The position numbers and the translations under genes are program-made. The notes below the pieces were generated by a model. The model was not told the DNA's origin. It was given only the letters and a program-made list of their open reading frames with translations, and searched no databases. A stretch of DNA of 64,000 nucleotides from Chiloscyllium plagiosum (taxonomy: Eukaryota): assembly GCF_004010195.1 (NCBI RefSeq), contig NC_057718.1:83028215-83092214 (forward strand), in the 5' to 3' direction. Positions 12,357 through 25,694 of the stretch are shown one piece after another; positions within the stretch are counted from its first letter, which is position 1, and every line of letters begins with the position of its first letter.

Positions 12357-14489
12357 GTTTTTACAGGGGGCAGGGTGGGAGGAGGTGTAATCTAGGTAGC
12401 TGTGAGAGTCGGTCGGTTTGTAGTAAATGTCTGTGTTGAGTTGGTCGCCCGAGATAGAAATGGAGAGGTCTAGGAAGGGGAGGGAGGAGTCTGAGACGGT
12501 CCAGGTAAATTTGAGGTCGAGGTGGAAGGTGTTAGTAAAGTGGGTGAACTGTTCAACCTCCTCGTGGGAGCACGAGGTAGCACCAATACAATCATCGATG
12601 TAGCGGAGGAAAAGGTGGGGGGGGGTGGTGCCAGTGTAGCTGTGGAAGATGGACTGTTCCACATATCCGACGAAGAGGCAGGCATAGCTGGGGCCAATGC
12701 GGGTGCCCATGGCTACTGCTTTGGTTTGGAGGAAGTGGGAAGATTGGAAGGAGAAGTTGTTAAGAGTGAGGACCAGTTCAGTCAGTCAAAGAAGGGCGTC
12801 AGTGGAAGGGTATTGGTTCGGTCGGCTGGAGAGGAACAAGTGGAGGGCTTGGAGGCCTTCGTGATGGCGGATGGAAGTGTATAGGGACTGGATGGCTATC
12901 GTGAAGATAAGGCGTTGGGGGCCGGGTAAGCAAAAATCATGGAGGACGTGGAGTGTGTGGGTGGTGTTCTGAACGTAGGTGGGGAGTTCTTGGACTAAGG
13001 GGGACAGGACAGTGTCGAGGTATGCAGAGATGAGTTTGGTGGGGCAGAAGCAGGCGGAGACAATGGGTCGGCCGGGGCAGTCAGGTTTGTGGATTTTGGA
13101 CAGGAGGTAGAATCGGGTGGTGCTGGGTTGTGGGACTAGGAGGTCGGAGGCAGTGGATGGGAGATCCCCTGAGGCGATGAGGTTATGGATGGTCTGGGAG
13201 ATGATGGTTTGGTGGTGGGGTCATGGTCAAGGGGGCAGTTGGAGGACGTATCCACGAGTTAGCGTCTAGCTTCAGCAGTGTAAAGATCGATGCGCCAAAC
13301 TACCACTGCGCATCCCATGTCTGCTGGTTTGATGGTGAGGCTGGGGTTGGAGCGGAGGGAGTGGAGAGCTCTACGTTATGAGGGTGAGAGTTTGGAGTGG
13401 GTGAGAGAGGTGGAAAGGTTGAGACGGTCAATGTCGCGGCGGCAGTTGGATATGAAGAGTTTGACGGCGGATAAGAGGCCAGCACGGGGTGTCCTGGTGG
13501 ATGGGGTGTGTTGGAGGCGGGAGAAGGGGTCGTCAGAGGGTGAGCGAGAATCCTGGTTGAAGAAGTGGGTGCGGAGGCGAAGGCAGCTGAAGAAATGCTC
13601 GATGTCACGCTGCATGTCGAACTCATTGATCCGGGAGCGTAGGGCAAATGAAGGTGAGGCCTCTACTGAGGACTGATCGTTTATCCTCAGAGAGGGAGTG
13701 GTCTGGAGGGATGGTGAAAATACGGCAGGGCTGGGAGCTAGGACCTAGGACCTGGGACCTTGTGTGGGGCTGGAGCTGGGAGTGGGGGCGGAGTTAGGCA
13801 TGGGGGCGGAGAAAGTCACAGGGGCGCCACGACCAACTCCGCCCCCACTCACCATCAAACCAGCAGACAAGGGAGGCGAGTGGTAGTTTGGCGCACCGAT
13901 CTTTACACCGCTGAAGCTAGACGCCAACTCGCGGACACCTCCTCCTACTGCCCCTTTGACCATGACCCCACCCCACACCACCAAACCATCATCTCCCAGA
14001 CCATCCATAACCTCATCGCCTCAGGGGATCTCCCATTCACTGCCTCCGACCTCCTAGTCCCGCAACCCAGCACCACCTGATTCTACCTCCTGCCCAAAAT
14101 CCACAAACCCGACTGCCCCAGCCGACCCATTGTCTCAGCCTGCTCCTGCCCCACTGAACTCATCTCTGTGTACCACGACACTGTCCTGTCCCCCTTAGTC
14201 CAAGAACTCCCCACCTACGTTCAGGACACCACCCATGCCCTCCACCTCCTCCATGATTTTCGCTTCCCCGGTCCCCAACGTCTTATCTTCACAATAGACA
14301 TCCAGTCCCTATACACCTCCATCTGCCATCACGAAGGCCTCCAAGCCCTCCACTTCTTCCTCTCCCATCGACCCAACCAGTACCCTTCCACTGACACCCT
14401 CCTTCGATTGACTGAACTGGTCCTCACTCTTAACAACTTCTCCTTCCAATCCTCCCACTTCCTCCAAACCAAAGGAGTAGCCATGGGCA

Positions 14490-15235
14490 NNNNNNNNNNN
14501 NNNNNNNNNNNNNNNNNNNNNNNNNNNNNNNNNNNNNNNNNNNNNNNNNNNNNNNNNNNNNNNNNNNNNNNNNNNNNNNNNNNNNNNNNNNNNNNNNNNN
14601 NNNNNNNNNNNNNNNNNNNNNNNNNNNNNNNNNNNNNNNNNNNNNNNNNNNNNNNNNNNNNNNNNNNNNNNNNNNNNNNNNNNNNNNNNNNNNNNNNNNN
14701 NNNNNNNNNNNNNNNNNNNNNNNNNNNNNNNNNNNNNNNNNNNNNNNNNNNNNNNNNNNNNNNNNNNNNNNNNNNNNNNNNNNNNNNNNNNNNNNNNNNN
14801 NNNNNNNNNNNNNNNNNNNNNNNNNNNNNNNNNNNNNNNNNNNNNNNNNNNNNNNNNNNNNNNNNNNNNNNNNNNNNNNNNNNNNNNNNNNNNNNNNNNN
14901 NNNNNNNNNNNNNNNNNNNNNNNNNNNNNNNNNNNNNNNNNNNNNNNNNNNNNNNNNNNNNNNNNNNNNNNNNNNNNNNNNNNNNNNNNNNNNNNNNNNN
15001 NNNNNNNNNNNNNNNNNNNNNNNNNNNNNNNNNNNNNNNNNNNNNNNNNNNNNNNNNNNNNNNNNNNNNNNNNNNNNNNNNNNNNNNNNNNNNNNNNNNN
15101 NNNNNNNNNNNNNNNNNNNNNNNNNNNNNNNNNNNNNNNNNNNNNNNNNNNNNNNNNNNNNNNNNNNNNNNNNNNNNNNNNNNNNNNNNNNNNNNNNNNN
15201 NNNNNNNNNNNNNNNNNNNNNNNNNNNNNNNNNNN
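14490..15235. other. Assembly gap
   Basis: Run of N. Confidence 1.
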
Positions 15236-16104
15236 TGGCTGAACACTTTAACTCCCCCTCCCACTCCGCCAAGGACATGCAGGTCCTTGGCCTCCTGCAT
15301 CACCAGACCCTGGCCACATGACGCCTGGAGGAAGAGCACCTCATCTGCCGCCTAGGAACCCTCCAACCACAAGGGATGAATGTAGATTTCTCCAGCTTCC
15401 TCATTTCCCCTCCTCCCACCTTATCTCAGTCCCAACCCCTGGATTCAGCACCGCCCTCTTGACCTGCAATCTTTTTCCCGACTCTCCGCCCCCACACCCT
15501 CTCCGGCCTATCACCCTCACCTCCTTCCACCTATCGTATTTGCAGCGCCCCTCACCCAAATTCCAACCCCCCACCTTTTATCTCAGCCCGCTTGGCACAT
15601 CAGCCTCATTCCTGAAGAAGGGCTTAGGCCCAAAACTTCGATTTCCCTGCCCCTCAGATGCTGACTGACCTGCTGCGCTTTTCCAGCATCACACTTTTCA
15701 ACAATAATAAAATCTATGCCAATTGAGAGAAAAAAGATCAAAAGTTCCTCTCCAGTTAGCTTAGGTGATCGGAATTGGGTTTTTGTTCAATGGTAGGAAC
15801 AGGCAAGATATTGGAGATCAATCTCTGCTGCACAGATGGAGCAAAACACATATGCATCGCCTCTAACAACTCTGCCATACCCTATAACCTGTATGGACCA
15901 AATGCTGGAAAATGGGATTAGAATAGTTTAATGGTTATTTTCGACCAGCACAAGTTCAATGGGCTGAAGAGCCTTTTTCTGTATTCTAGACCTCTCTGAA
16001 GCTGGAAGCCCAAGCCATAAGCATTGAGTACTCCTTATTGGAAGCAGCTTGAATAAAAGCAGTTGTGCACTTAAAAACTTGGGTTATCTCTTCCAAGCTC
16101 TAAA

Positions 16105-17380
16105 GTCAACATGGCTTTGTGTATGGGAAATCCTGTCTCACAAACTTGATTGAGTTTTTTGAAGAAGTAACAAAGAAGATTGATGAGGGCAGAGAAGTAG
16201 ATGTGATCTATATGGACTTCTGTAAGGCGTTCAACAAGGTTCCCAATGGGAGACTGATTAGCAAGGTTAGATTTCATGGAATACAGGGAGAACTAGCCAT
16301 TTGGATACAGAACTGGCTCAAAGGTAGAAGATTGATGGTGGTGGTGGAGGGTTGTTTTTCAGACTGGAGGCCTGTGACCAGTGGAGTGCCATAAGGATCA
16401 GTGTTGGGCCCTCTACTTTTTGTCATTTACAGAAATGATTTGGATATGAGCTCAAGAGGTACAGTTAGTAAGTTTGCAGATGACACCAAAATTGGAGATG
16501 TAGTGGACAGCGAAGAGGGTTACCTCAGATTACAACAGGATCTGGACCAGAGGGGCCAATGGGCTGAGAAATGGCAGATGGAGTTTAATTCAGATAAATG
16601 GTAGGTGCTGCATTTTGGGAAAACAAATCTTAGCAGGAATTATACACTTAATGGTAAGATCCTAGGGAGTGTTGCTGAACAAAGAGACCTTGGAGTGCAG
16701 GTTCATAGCTCCTTGAAAGTGGAGTCGCAGGTAGTGAAGAAGGCATTTGGTATGCTTTCCTTTATTGGCCAGAGTGTTGAGTACAGGGGTTGGGAGGTCA
16801 TGTTGTGGCTGTACAGGACATTGGTTAGGCCTTTTTTGGAATATTTTATGCAATTCTGGTCTCCTTCCTATCGGAAAGATGTTGTGAAACCTGAAAGGGT
16901 TCAGAAAAGATTTACAAGGATGTTGCCAGGGTTGGAGGATCTGAGCTATAGAGGCTGAACAGGCTGGGGCTGTTTTCCCTGGAGCATCGGAGGCTGAGGG
17001 GTGACCTTATAGAGGTTTACAAAATTATGAGGAGCATGGACAGGATAAATAGGCAAAGTCTTTTCCCTGGGTTCAGGGAGTCCAGAACTAGAGGGCATAG
17101 GTTTAGGGTGAGAGGCGAAAGATATAAAAGAGACCTCAGGGGCAACTTTTTCACCCAGAGGATGGTACGTGTATGGAATGAGCTGCCAGAGGAAGTGGTG
17201 GAGGCTGGTGCAATTGCAACATTTAAGAGGCATTTGGATGGGTATATGAATAGGAAGGGTTTGGAGGGATATGGGCCGGGTGCTGGCAGATGGGACAAGA
17301 TTAGATTGGGATATCTGGTCGGCATGGATGTGTTGGACCGAAGGGTCTGTTTCCATGCTGTACATCTCTATGACTCTATG
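16105..17380 (+). mobile_element. CR1 (HER1-like) LINE 3' half, RT pseudogene
   Basis: GKSCLTNLIEFF, DFCKAFNKVP, KFADDTK, YRTLVRP, FFTQRMVRVWNELP, and tail TCTCTATGACTCTATG. Confidence 0.95.
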
Positions 17381-17454
17381 ATAAACAAGACTCGTCACTG
17401 AGAGGGTGCAAACTCATGAAAAGATTTCAAAACTTGTGACAAGATATGTTGTTC

Positions 17455-17857
17455 GAGTGCTCGTTGTTGTGGTTCTGTTCGTCGAGCTGGGAATTTGTGT
17501 TGCAGACGTTTCGTCCCCTGTCTAGGTGACATCCTCAGTGCTTGGGAGCCTCCTGTGAAGCGCTTCTGTGATGTTTCCTCCAGCATTTATAATGGTTTGT
17601 CTCTGCCGCTTCCAGTTGTCAGTTCCAGCTGTCCGTTGCAGTGGCCGGTATATTGGGTCCAGGTCGATGTGTTTATTGATTGAATCTGTGGATGAGTGCC
17701 ATGCCTCTAGGAATTCCCTGGCTGTTCTCTGTTTGGCTTGTCCTATAATGGTAGTGTTGTCCCAGTCAAATTCATGTTGCTTGTCATCTGCGTGTGGCTA
17801 CTAAGGATAGCTGGTCGTGTCGTTTCGTGGCTAGTTGATGTTCATGGATTACAGATC
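17455..17857 (-). mobile_element. Poseidon-type Penelope 3' end (distal GIY-YIG half plus pLTR with hammerhead); continues at 23571
   Basis: Minus translation HEHQLATKRHDQLSLV..HEFDWDNTTIIGQAKQRTAREFLEAWHSSTDSINKH. Hammerhead motif at 17502-17541. Confidence 0.88.
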
Positions 17858-18128
17858 TTTTTTTTAATAGATATTTTTATTAGAAATTTAACATTTTTAC
17901 AAGTTTACAAAAATAAACAAAACTCTCAAGTACAAACATTGATATACAATTAAATCTTAAATATATAATAACCAAAATTTAACAAAAGAAAAATACCGAG
18001 AAAGAAAAAAACAAAACTCAACTAACTACTAATCTAAACTACAACTAACCAGAGTGTATATTTAAGTCTCTTACATTATTCAAATAAGAGAAAGAGGAAA
18101 AAAAAACAGCGGATAACATAGAAACTAG

Positions 18129-18440
18129 TGGGCGGCACGGTGGCACAGTGGTTAGCAATGCTGCCTCACAGCGCCAGAGACCCGGGTTCAATTCCTGCCT
18201 CAGGCGACTGACTGTGTGGAGTTTGCACATTCTCCCCGTGTCTGCGTGGGTTTCCTCCGGGTGCTCCGGTTTCCTCCCACAGTCCAAAGATGTGCAGGTC
18301 AGGTGAATTGGCCATGCTAAATTCCCCATAGTGTTAGGTAAGGGGTAAATGTAGCGGTATGGGTGTGTTGGGCTTTGGCGAGTCGGTGTGGACTTGTTGG
18401 GCCGAAGGGCCTGTTTCCTCACTGTAACTAATCTAATCTA
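18129..18440 (+). mobile_element. HE1-type V-SINE inserted in the L1 3' region
   Basis: GGGCGGCACGGTGGCACAGTGGTTAGC..GGTTCAATTCC, a V-domain and a CTAATCTAATCTAA tail. Confidence 0.95.
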
Positions 18441-18449
18441 AACAAAAAA

Positions 18450-21400
18450 TTGGGTAGTGAGATACATGCTCGGAACGTGTTAACATCAAATGTAACAAAA
18501 CCCATATTCGTGCGGGATTCCTCTCCCAAGGGGCCCCNNNNNNNNNNNNNNNNNNNNNNNNNNNNNNNNNNNNNNNNNNNNNNNNNNNNNNNNNNNNNNN
18601 NNNNNNNNNNNNNNNNNNNNNNNNNNNNNNNNNNNNNNNNNNNNNNNNNNNNNNNNNNNNNNNNNACGGATCTTATGACAGGTCCATAAGCAATGTACAA
18701 GAGTGCCCACCTCTATTTTACATTTGGGACACATTGGCGATGCTCCTGCCTTAAATTTTGCCAATCGATCCGGTGCTATATGGGCCCTATGAAGTATCTT
18801 CAGCTGGATAGCCTGAGTTCTGTTACAGATGGTGATTCTTCTGGCGTTTTCCCAAATGTCATTCCATGTTTCTATAGAGATTTCTAGTCCCAATTCCTGA
18901 TTCCATGTTTTAAGCAGATTGTCCATATCTCCCGATACTTCATCGTGTAGTAAATGAGAATACCCCCATTGGTCGTAGTACTCTACATTCTCTATCTGAT
19001 ATATAAAGACTGTCTAATAACGTAGTCTTCTTCTGTATGTAATCTCAAATTTGGAAGTATCGAAAGAGGTCTTCATTAGGTAATCCGAATTTCTGACGCA
19101 GTTGTTCAAAAGACACCAGGACCCCTTCTTTAAATAGATTCCCTAAACAAGAGATACCCCTGGATCTCCAGAGTTTGAAAGTGGCATCTGTAAACCTCGG
19201 TTGAACTCCCCATGCTCCCACTAACGGAGCATAGGGGGATGTTTTATGTGAGTTGCCCTCATTTTGCTGCATTATATTCCAAGCTTTAATTGTGTTAGTT
19301 ATATAAGGGTTTTTNNNNNNNNNNNNNNNNNNNNNNNNNNNNNNNNTCGATGTCCAACCAGATTGATTGTGGATCAGACAAGACCCAATCAGCTATGTAA
19401 CCTAATAGGGAACTTAACTGGTATTTCCTAAAATCTGGGAAATCCAATCCTCCCCTTGCCTGTGGAAGCTGTAGCTTCTTCAGCTTAATGAGGGGCCGTC
19501 TATGATTCCAGATAAAGGAACCCAGCCAGCCATATAATTTACGTAGTGCCAGCCTCAGTAGCATCACTGGAAGCATTCTCATAGAGTATAGGAGACGGGG
19601 CAGGACATTCATTTTAATTAGTGCTATTAGTACCCAACCAGGAAATTGGAAGATCTCCCCATCGCTGGAGGTCCTGCCTTATCCTTTCCAGTAAATGCAC
19701 AAAGTTAGCCTTATACAACTGACCAAATACTGGGGTAATAAAAATGCCTAAATATAAGAAACCCTCCAGGCCCCAACGAAAGGGAAAGTGGGATCCATCC
19801 ACTAAGTGGGGTATCATAGCAAGGCCACCCATTGGCAAAGCCTCTGATTTTGAGGAATTAATTTTATAGCCTGAGAATGCGCTAAATGTATTAATAACTT
19901 GGATTAGGCGAGGTACGGACATCAGAGGATTACTGAGGAATAGAAGAACATCATCTGCATAAAGGGTAATTTTATGTTTACCTGTACCAATCCTCGGGGC
20001 CGTTATATTAGGATCAGCTCGTATAGCTTCTGCTAGTGGTTCAATTATTAGCGTAAATAACAATGGCGAGAGGGGACATCCCTGACGGCAGCACCTACCC
20101 ACACTGAAGCTATCCGAACCTAATCCAATGGTAACCACAACTGCTTTGGGATCACTACACAATGTTGAGACCCATTTGGTAAACACCTGACCAACGCCAA
20201 ACCTTTCCAATGTGTAAAACAAATATGACCATCCAACACTATCAAATGCCTTTTCCGCGTCTAATGAAACCACTACTCCTGGTATCTTTCACTGATGACA
20301 AGCTTGAATCATATTCAGAGCCCTTCTAACATTATTGGATGATCTACGGCCCTTAATAAACCCCGTCTGATCCTCCTTTATAATATGTGGCAGTACCCTT
20401 TCTAGTCTCAATGCTAACGTTTTAGAAAGGATTTTAAAATCTATATTTAGCAAGGATATTGGTCGATATGATATACAATCTTCTGGATCCTTTCCTTTTT
20501 TAAGGATAAGAGAGATATTTGCCTCTTTCAGCGAAGGCGGGAGACAGCCCTGACTATATGCATAGTTATACATGTCCATAAGTGGACCAGCCAATATTTC
20601 TGTAAATTCTTTATAGAATTCAGCTTGAAAACCATCTGGGCCAGGTGCCTTACCACTCTAAAGTTGCCTGATTGCGTCAAGTATTTCTTGGACTGTTAGG
20701 GAGCATTTAAGACCGATACGTGTTCTGGAGTTAGGCCCGGAAAGGTCAAGTTTTAAAAAAATGATTGCATCCTCCTCGTCCTGGCTTCACAATCCTGCGA
20801 TTTATATAAATCAGAATAAAACTTTCTAAAGATTGCATTAAACCTTTTATGATCATGAGTCAAAATACCCATACTTTCCTTGATAGATGTGATTGTTTGA
20901 GGGGCCTTTTTTTTCTTTGTAAGAAATGCTAAGTATCTACCCAGTTTGTCGCCAAATTCATATAACTTTTGTTTTGCAAATAATATTTCCCTCTTAGCCG
21001 TTTGAGTAAGTGTGCTGTTTAGAGCTGTCCTAAGGGCCGTAATCCTTTGCAATTTAATAATAGAAGGTCTATCAGTGTATGCTGTTTCAGCTGCTTTTAA
21101 GCTGTTGTTCTCCCTTTAATCTTTTCTGGGTCGCTGAGTAGGAGATGATCAAGCCTCGCGTGTAAGCTTTGATGGTCTCCCACATCATTGATGGGTTGCT
21201 AGCCGTACCTAAATTAATTTCTAAAAAAGTTTTAAATTCTTGAGAGAAGTACTTTACAAATTTACTATCCTTCATCAGGAAGGGGTCCATACGCCAATGC
21301 CGGGGGGATGTCTCATTGTTCCTCGCCTTGATTTCCATATATACAGCAGAGTGGTCGGAAATTGCTATACTGCCTATTTTACAGAATAATATGGAATTTT

Positions 21401-22042
21401 AAAAAAACGAGGGGGCAAAAAAAAATCAATTCTGGTATGATATTTATGTGGATTGGAGTAAAAAGAAAAATCTCTGCCCTGTAGATGAAGGCATCTCCAT
21501 ACATCTACTAATCCTAATTCTTTATTCAGATCCACCAATTGTCTAGATCTGGGAGATACTCCTGCAGTACTCTTGGGAATCCTATCTATTTCTGGATCCA
21601 TAATACAAATAAAGTCTCCCCCTATAATTATATGACGGGCACCAAGAGCCATCAATTTTGAGAAGGCTTCCGTTATAAATTTAAAGGGGTGTGCCGGGGG
21701 GCAGTACAAATTTAAAATCCCATATTCCTCTCCATTTATGAGGGCTTTAATCAGAATATATCATCCAGATATATCTTTTATCTGATTTAGAATTTTGAAA
21801 GGGAAATTCTTCCGAATAAGAATAACAACTCCCCTACTTTTTGAGCTAAAAGAAGAAAAAAAGGCCTGATCAAATCCACCCTGTCATAATTTCAAGTGTT
21901 CTTTATCCAACAGGTGTGTCTCCTGTAGGAGAGCTATATCAACTCTTTCTTTCTTGAGATTTGATAATATTTTCTTCCTTTTAAGTGGCGAATTACTCCC
22001 CTTGACATTCCAGGTGCACCACCCAACCGACTGATCAACCAT
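18450..22042 (-). pseudogene. L1 ORF2p (APE endonuclease, RT, CCHC), disrupted
   Basis: CTWNVKG..LLQETH; IIGGDF; RIDFF; YRPISLLNIDFKILSK; DAEKAFD; RQGCPLSPLLF; YADD; CPKCKIEVGTLVHCLWTC. Confidence 0.93.
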
Positions 22043-22543
22043 AATCCTCTGGGCCAATCCGAGACCCATCGGGAGGGGGAACCCTATCCAGAACATCCCG
22101 AGCATAGAGCATATAAAATTCACAAAAATAAAGATTCTCTAATACACTCACAACAGTATAATAAACAGTGAGCACCCTACCCCCCCCACCCCCCAAAAAA
22201 CTAACACCTGGAAATATTTGGTAATGTTAATACCATGTATAAACATATATAACTATAAAATTACAACCTCAGCAAATAATAATTAAATATAATAATACAA
22301 GATAACAAGGGAAAACAACCCCGTTCCTAGAGACAGAGGTAAAATAGAATAAGGTAACCACCTCCCCCCACCAACATTAACTAAACCACCCGGCTTATAT
22401 ATATATGTGTAGAATAATTTTTTTAAAACCAAGGGGGGGGAGAAAATCGTTAAATAGAGAACAAATAAATAAATCCCTCTCCCCACCCACCAAGATAATA
22501 GAGTGGGGGGGAAGGCAAACCAACATCCATTATCTCTTACAAT

Positions 22544-23397
22544 TTATCTAAGAGAGTCCAAAAATTCCTTAGCCTTTTCCGACGATCCGAAGTTATACAC
22601 GGATCCTTCATGGTTAAAGCGTAGCGTCGCTGGGTAGTGTAAGGAGTACTGAATTTTTAAGTCCCTTAAACACTTCTTTGCCTCATCGAATGCCTTCCTC
22701 TTTCGGACCAGAGTTGGGGAAAAGTCCTGGAATAACATATGCTTGGATCCTTTATTTATCATGGCTTGGGAATCTTTTCCAAGATTTCTAGAAGCTTCTA
22801 GGAGTATCTGCCTCTCCTTATGGCTCTGCAGCTAGAACAGGACCAGGCGGGGATGTTGGTTCGAGCCGGGCCCGCGTATTGCAACCCGGTAGGCCCATTC
22901 TACCATTACCTGGCCTAATCCGGCCTCCAGATTTAAAAGCTGTGGCAGCCACTGTTCGAGAAACACTGTAAGCTGGCCTTCCTCTTCCTGCTCAGGAAGG
23001 CCCAGCAAACGAATATTTTTTCGACGACCTCGATTATCAAGGTCATCAATGTGATTCTCTAAGGTCCAGACTCACTGTTCGAGAGTCCGGACCTGATCCA
23101 CAGCCGATTGCGCTGTAGTTTCGGAGGTCGGCCTTTAGCTCCACCCCTCCGACTCGGTGCTCGATTTCTTAAAGTCTCGGTCGTGGTTTTGCAGCACGGC
23201 CGAGAGTGAGTCCATTCGGTTTCGGGATTCTTCAATAAAAGCGCGATCTTCCCATCCAGTTTGGAGATGATTTCCACAAGGCTTGCCACTGTAGGTAAGT
23301 CCCCCTGGGCGGCTGTGGACACCTCTGCTGCAGCTGGAGAGGGTGGGGGAGGGGTTCCTGCTTGCTGAGAGCTGTGGGCTCCCTTCCCTTTAGTCAT
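22544..23397 (-). pseudogene. L1 ORF1p (Transposase_22/L1 RRM-CTD type), frameshifted
   Basis: DLDNRGRRKNIRLLGLPE in the minus frame near 23000-23050. ORF 22544-22762 reads FQDFSPTLVRKRKAFDEAK..YSLHYPATLRF. Confidence 0.85.
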
Positions 23398-23570
23398 TTT
23401 TACTAAAAATTAGATTGTTTAAATTTAATACTAAGCAACTAATTAAATTAAACAGCTATTTTAAATGATTTGGTGAGTGTGGTGGGGGTGGGTGACCTAC
23501 TTTGCCCAAGTCTTGGGAGGAGCACTGTAGACTCAGACTTGTTGGGTCACCGCCATCTTGGATCCCCCCC

Positions 23571-24170
23571 GGATACGGATCGTTAGCTGTCTTCCTGTTT
23601 GTCCTATGTATTGTTTTGTGCAGTCCTTGCATGGGATTTTGTACACTACATTGATTTTGCTCATGCTGGGTAATGGGTCCTTTGTCCTGGTGAATTGTTG
23701 TCTGAGAGTGGCTGTTGGTTTGTGTGCTGTTATGAATCCTAGTGGTCGTAGTAGTCTGGCTGTCAGTTCAGAAATGTTCTTGATGTATGGTAACGTGGCT
23801 AGTCCTTTGGGTTGTGGCATGTCCTCATTCCATTGTCTTCCCCTTAGGCATCTGTTGATGAAATTGCGGTTGATGAAACACTGCCATTATAGGACAAGCC
23901 AAACAGAGAACAGCCAGGGAACTCCTAGAGGAATGGCACTCATCCACAGATTCTATCAACAAACACATCGACCTGAACCCAATATACCGGCCACTGCAGC
24001 AGACAGCTGGAACTGACAACCGGAAGCGGCAGAGACAAACCACTATAAATGCCAGAGGAAACATCACAGAAGCGCTTCACAGGAGGCTCCCAAGCACTGA
24101 GGATGTCACCTAGACAGGGGACGAAACGTCTGAAACACAAATTCCCAGCTCGGCGAACAGAACCACAACA
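23571..24170. mobile_element. Poseidon-type Penelope: minus-strand GIY-YIG N-half (23571-23870) joined to an inverted plus-strand copy of the 3' end/pLTR (about 23874-24170)
   Basis: ORF 23533-23820 reads LPYIKNISE..NVVYKIPCKDCTKQYIGQTGRQLTIRI. 23880-24170 is the reverse complement of 17465-17755. Hammerhead motif at 24094-24132. Confidence 0.88.
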
Positions 24171-25694
24171 GATTTCATAATGGTGACAACCAAGATTGGA
24201 CATGCCCAACATTCTGCCCAAAATTCAGTGGAACAGTGCGTATGGTATACAAGAACACAATAATTGACTGACAGGAGTTTGTGAGAATGTTGTTGACCAT
24301 CTTTTCAGATGTTGGATTGCTTCACTATGTTTGGTACTGAAGCAATCAACTATAGTATCACTCCATAACCAGGTTCAGTACAGTAAATATATTTTTGCTG
24401 AATAGGATCTTATGGTGAAGTGGCAATCAGACAGAAGGTCAAGTCTCCCCTGTCGAGGAGCTCTGCTGAAGTACCTGTAGTATTTAAAACATGTGACAGG
24501 ACTGCCATTTCTCGGAAGAATTAAGAATGTACACTAGTTTGCAGAATAACAAAATAAAATTAGGGTTGCGCTGGCCTATGGAATGGGTCCCTTGCAGTCA
24601 TATTGAATTGATAATTGGACATTATCCCCCTATTTCATGTAATGAGACTGTCTAAAGAACAGCAATTCACCAGTAATAGGAAAATCGTGATGGGTGCAGA
24701 GAAATGGACCAATTCACCAATATGGTGACTCTGTGTCCTTTGATGCTATTGGGCTAAAGGTTTGCAGGGGGTGCAAGAGGAGATGGTCCAATCATGGACT
24801 AGACACAATCGTCTAGGTAAACCTTCAGTAAATATAGGGACCTCACTAACTTGGTTAATGAAGTCATCCAGATAACTGTCAGGTTTCCAGATCTTGACTA
24901 ACAAATATGGCCAAGAGAGAACAATGTGACGATGCAGTTATTGGAGTACGTGAAAAATGGGAGAGTTCAGGGATGTTTTCATAAAAAAATGATCAATGTT
25001 TGGTAAAATCTACAGTGCATGGATGGTTATGCTGAAGTGGTGAGTAGACAGGACTCCAGACTGAAAAATTACGGGTGAGAATAAAGAGGCTTGAAGGTAC
25101 TCGAATTAATAAAAGTCACAAAGGAATCACTAACTGTGGCAACAGTAACTCCGCAGTTAAGGACAGAGCCGAGCTTGACTAAAATTAACCTATTTCCTTC
25201 AATGTATCAAAATGTCAAAGAGATTTGACAGGTCGATTTAAACTAAAATGTAGTATTAAGACATGTTAGGTATATTAGATCAGATGACCACAAACTTAAT
25301 CAAAGAAATTACTTTTAGTAAATTAAATGGAAGAAAATTAAATGGAGAGTCAGATAGGTGTAGGGAGGGAATTCTAAAACGTTGGACCTCAATAGCTCAA
25401 TGCTAGCTGTTGACAGTGGAGTGATTAAAATCAGGGATGCAGAAGTGGCTAAAATGCAATGAGGTAGTGATATTTGTCTTGATTGCCACTGCTGAGATTT
25501 TGTGGTCTCTGCCATCTCTGCCAATGGGGTGGTTAAGGTAATTCATTGTCCCTAATCCTCTCTTGGCTATACAGTGCATTAGGGCTGTCTAATTATCAGT
25601 AGTGGAGGAGAAAGTGAGGACTGCAGATGCTGGAGAGTCACAGTCAAAAAGTATGCTGCTGGAAAAGACTGTTTGGTCTTTAATTTAGACCACA

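Larger units (their letters stand above)
11417..15702. mobile_element. Neptune-type Penelope-like element in head-to-head inverted arrangement (minus copy about 11417-13820, plus copy about 13845-15702), 15-bp TSD, two gaps
   Basis: RT motifs on both strands (FYLLPKIHK, GRPIVS, DIQSLYT, KGVAMGTRIGPSYA, RYIDD), a GIY-YIG C-terminus at 15235-15400 and pLTRs at both outer ends. TSD AATAATAAAATCTAT at 11402-11416 and 15703-15717. Confidence 0.92.
17858..23570 (-). mobile_element. Full-length L1 LINE (about 5.7 kb) with 5'UTR, ORF1, ORF2, poly(A) and TSD
   Basis: The 5' end reads GGGGGGGATCCAAGATGGCGG and poly-T starts at 17858 on the plus strand. TSD GGATACGGATC (23571-23581) versus GGATTACAGATC (17846-17857). 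Confidence 0.93.

Noticed and set aside
11425..15355. Long ORFs of 282-396 aa in the ORF track
   Set aside because: They are artefacts of translating through N gaps. The real parts are Penelope RT or pLTR sequence.
18129..18200. tRNA-like sequence with A and B boxes (also at 4100-4160, 40756, 55560-55622 and 59230-59295)
   Set aside because: These are SINE heads continuing into the V-domain and tail, not tRNA genes.
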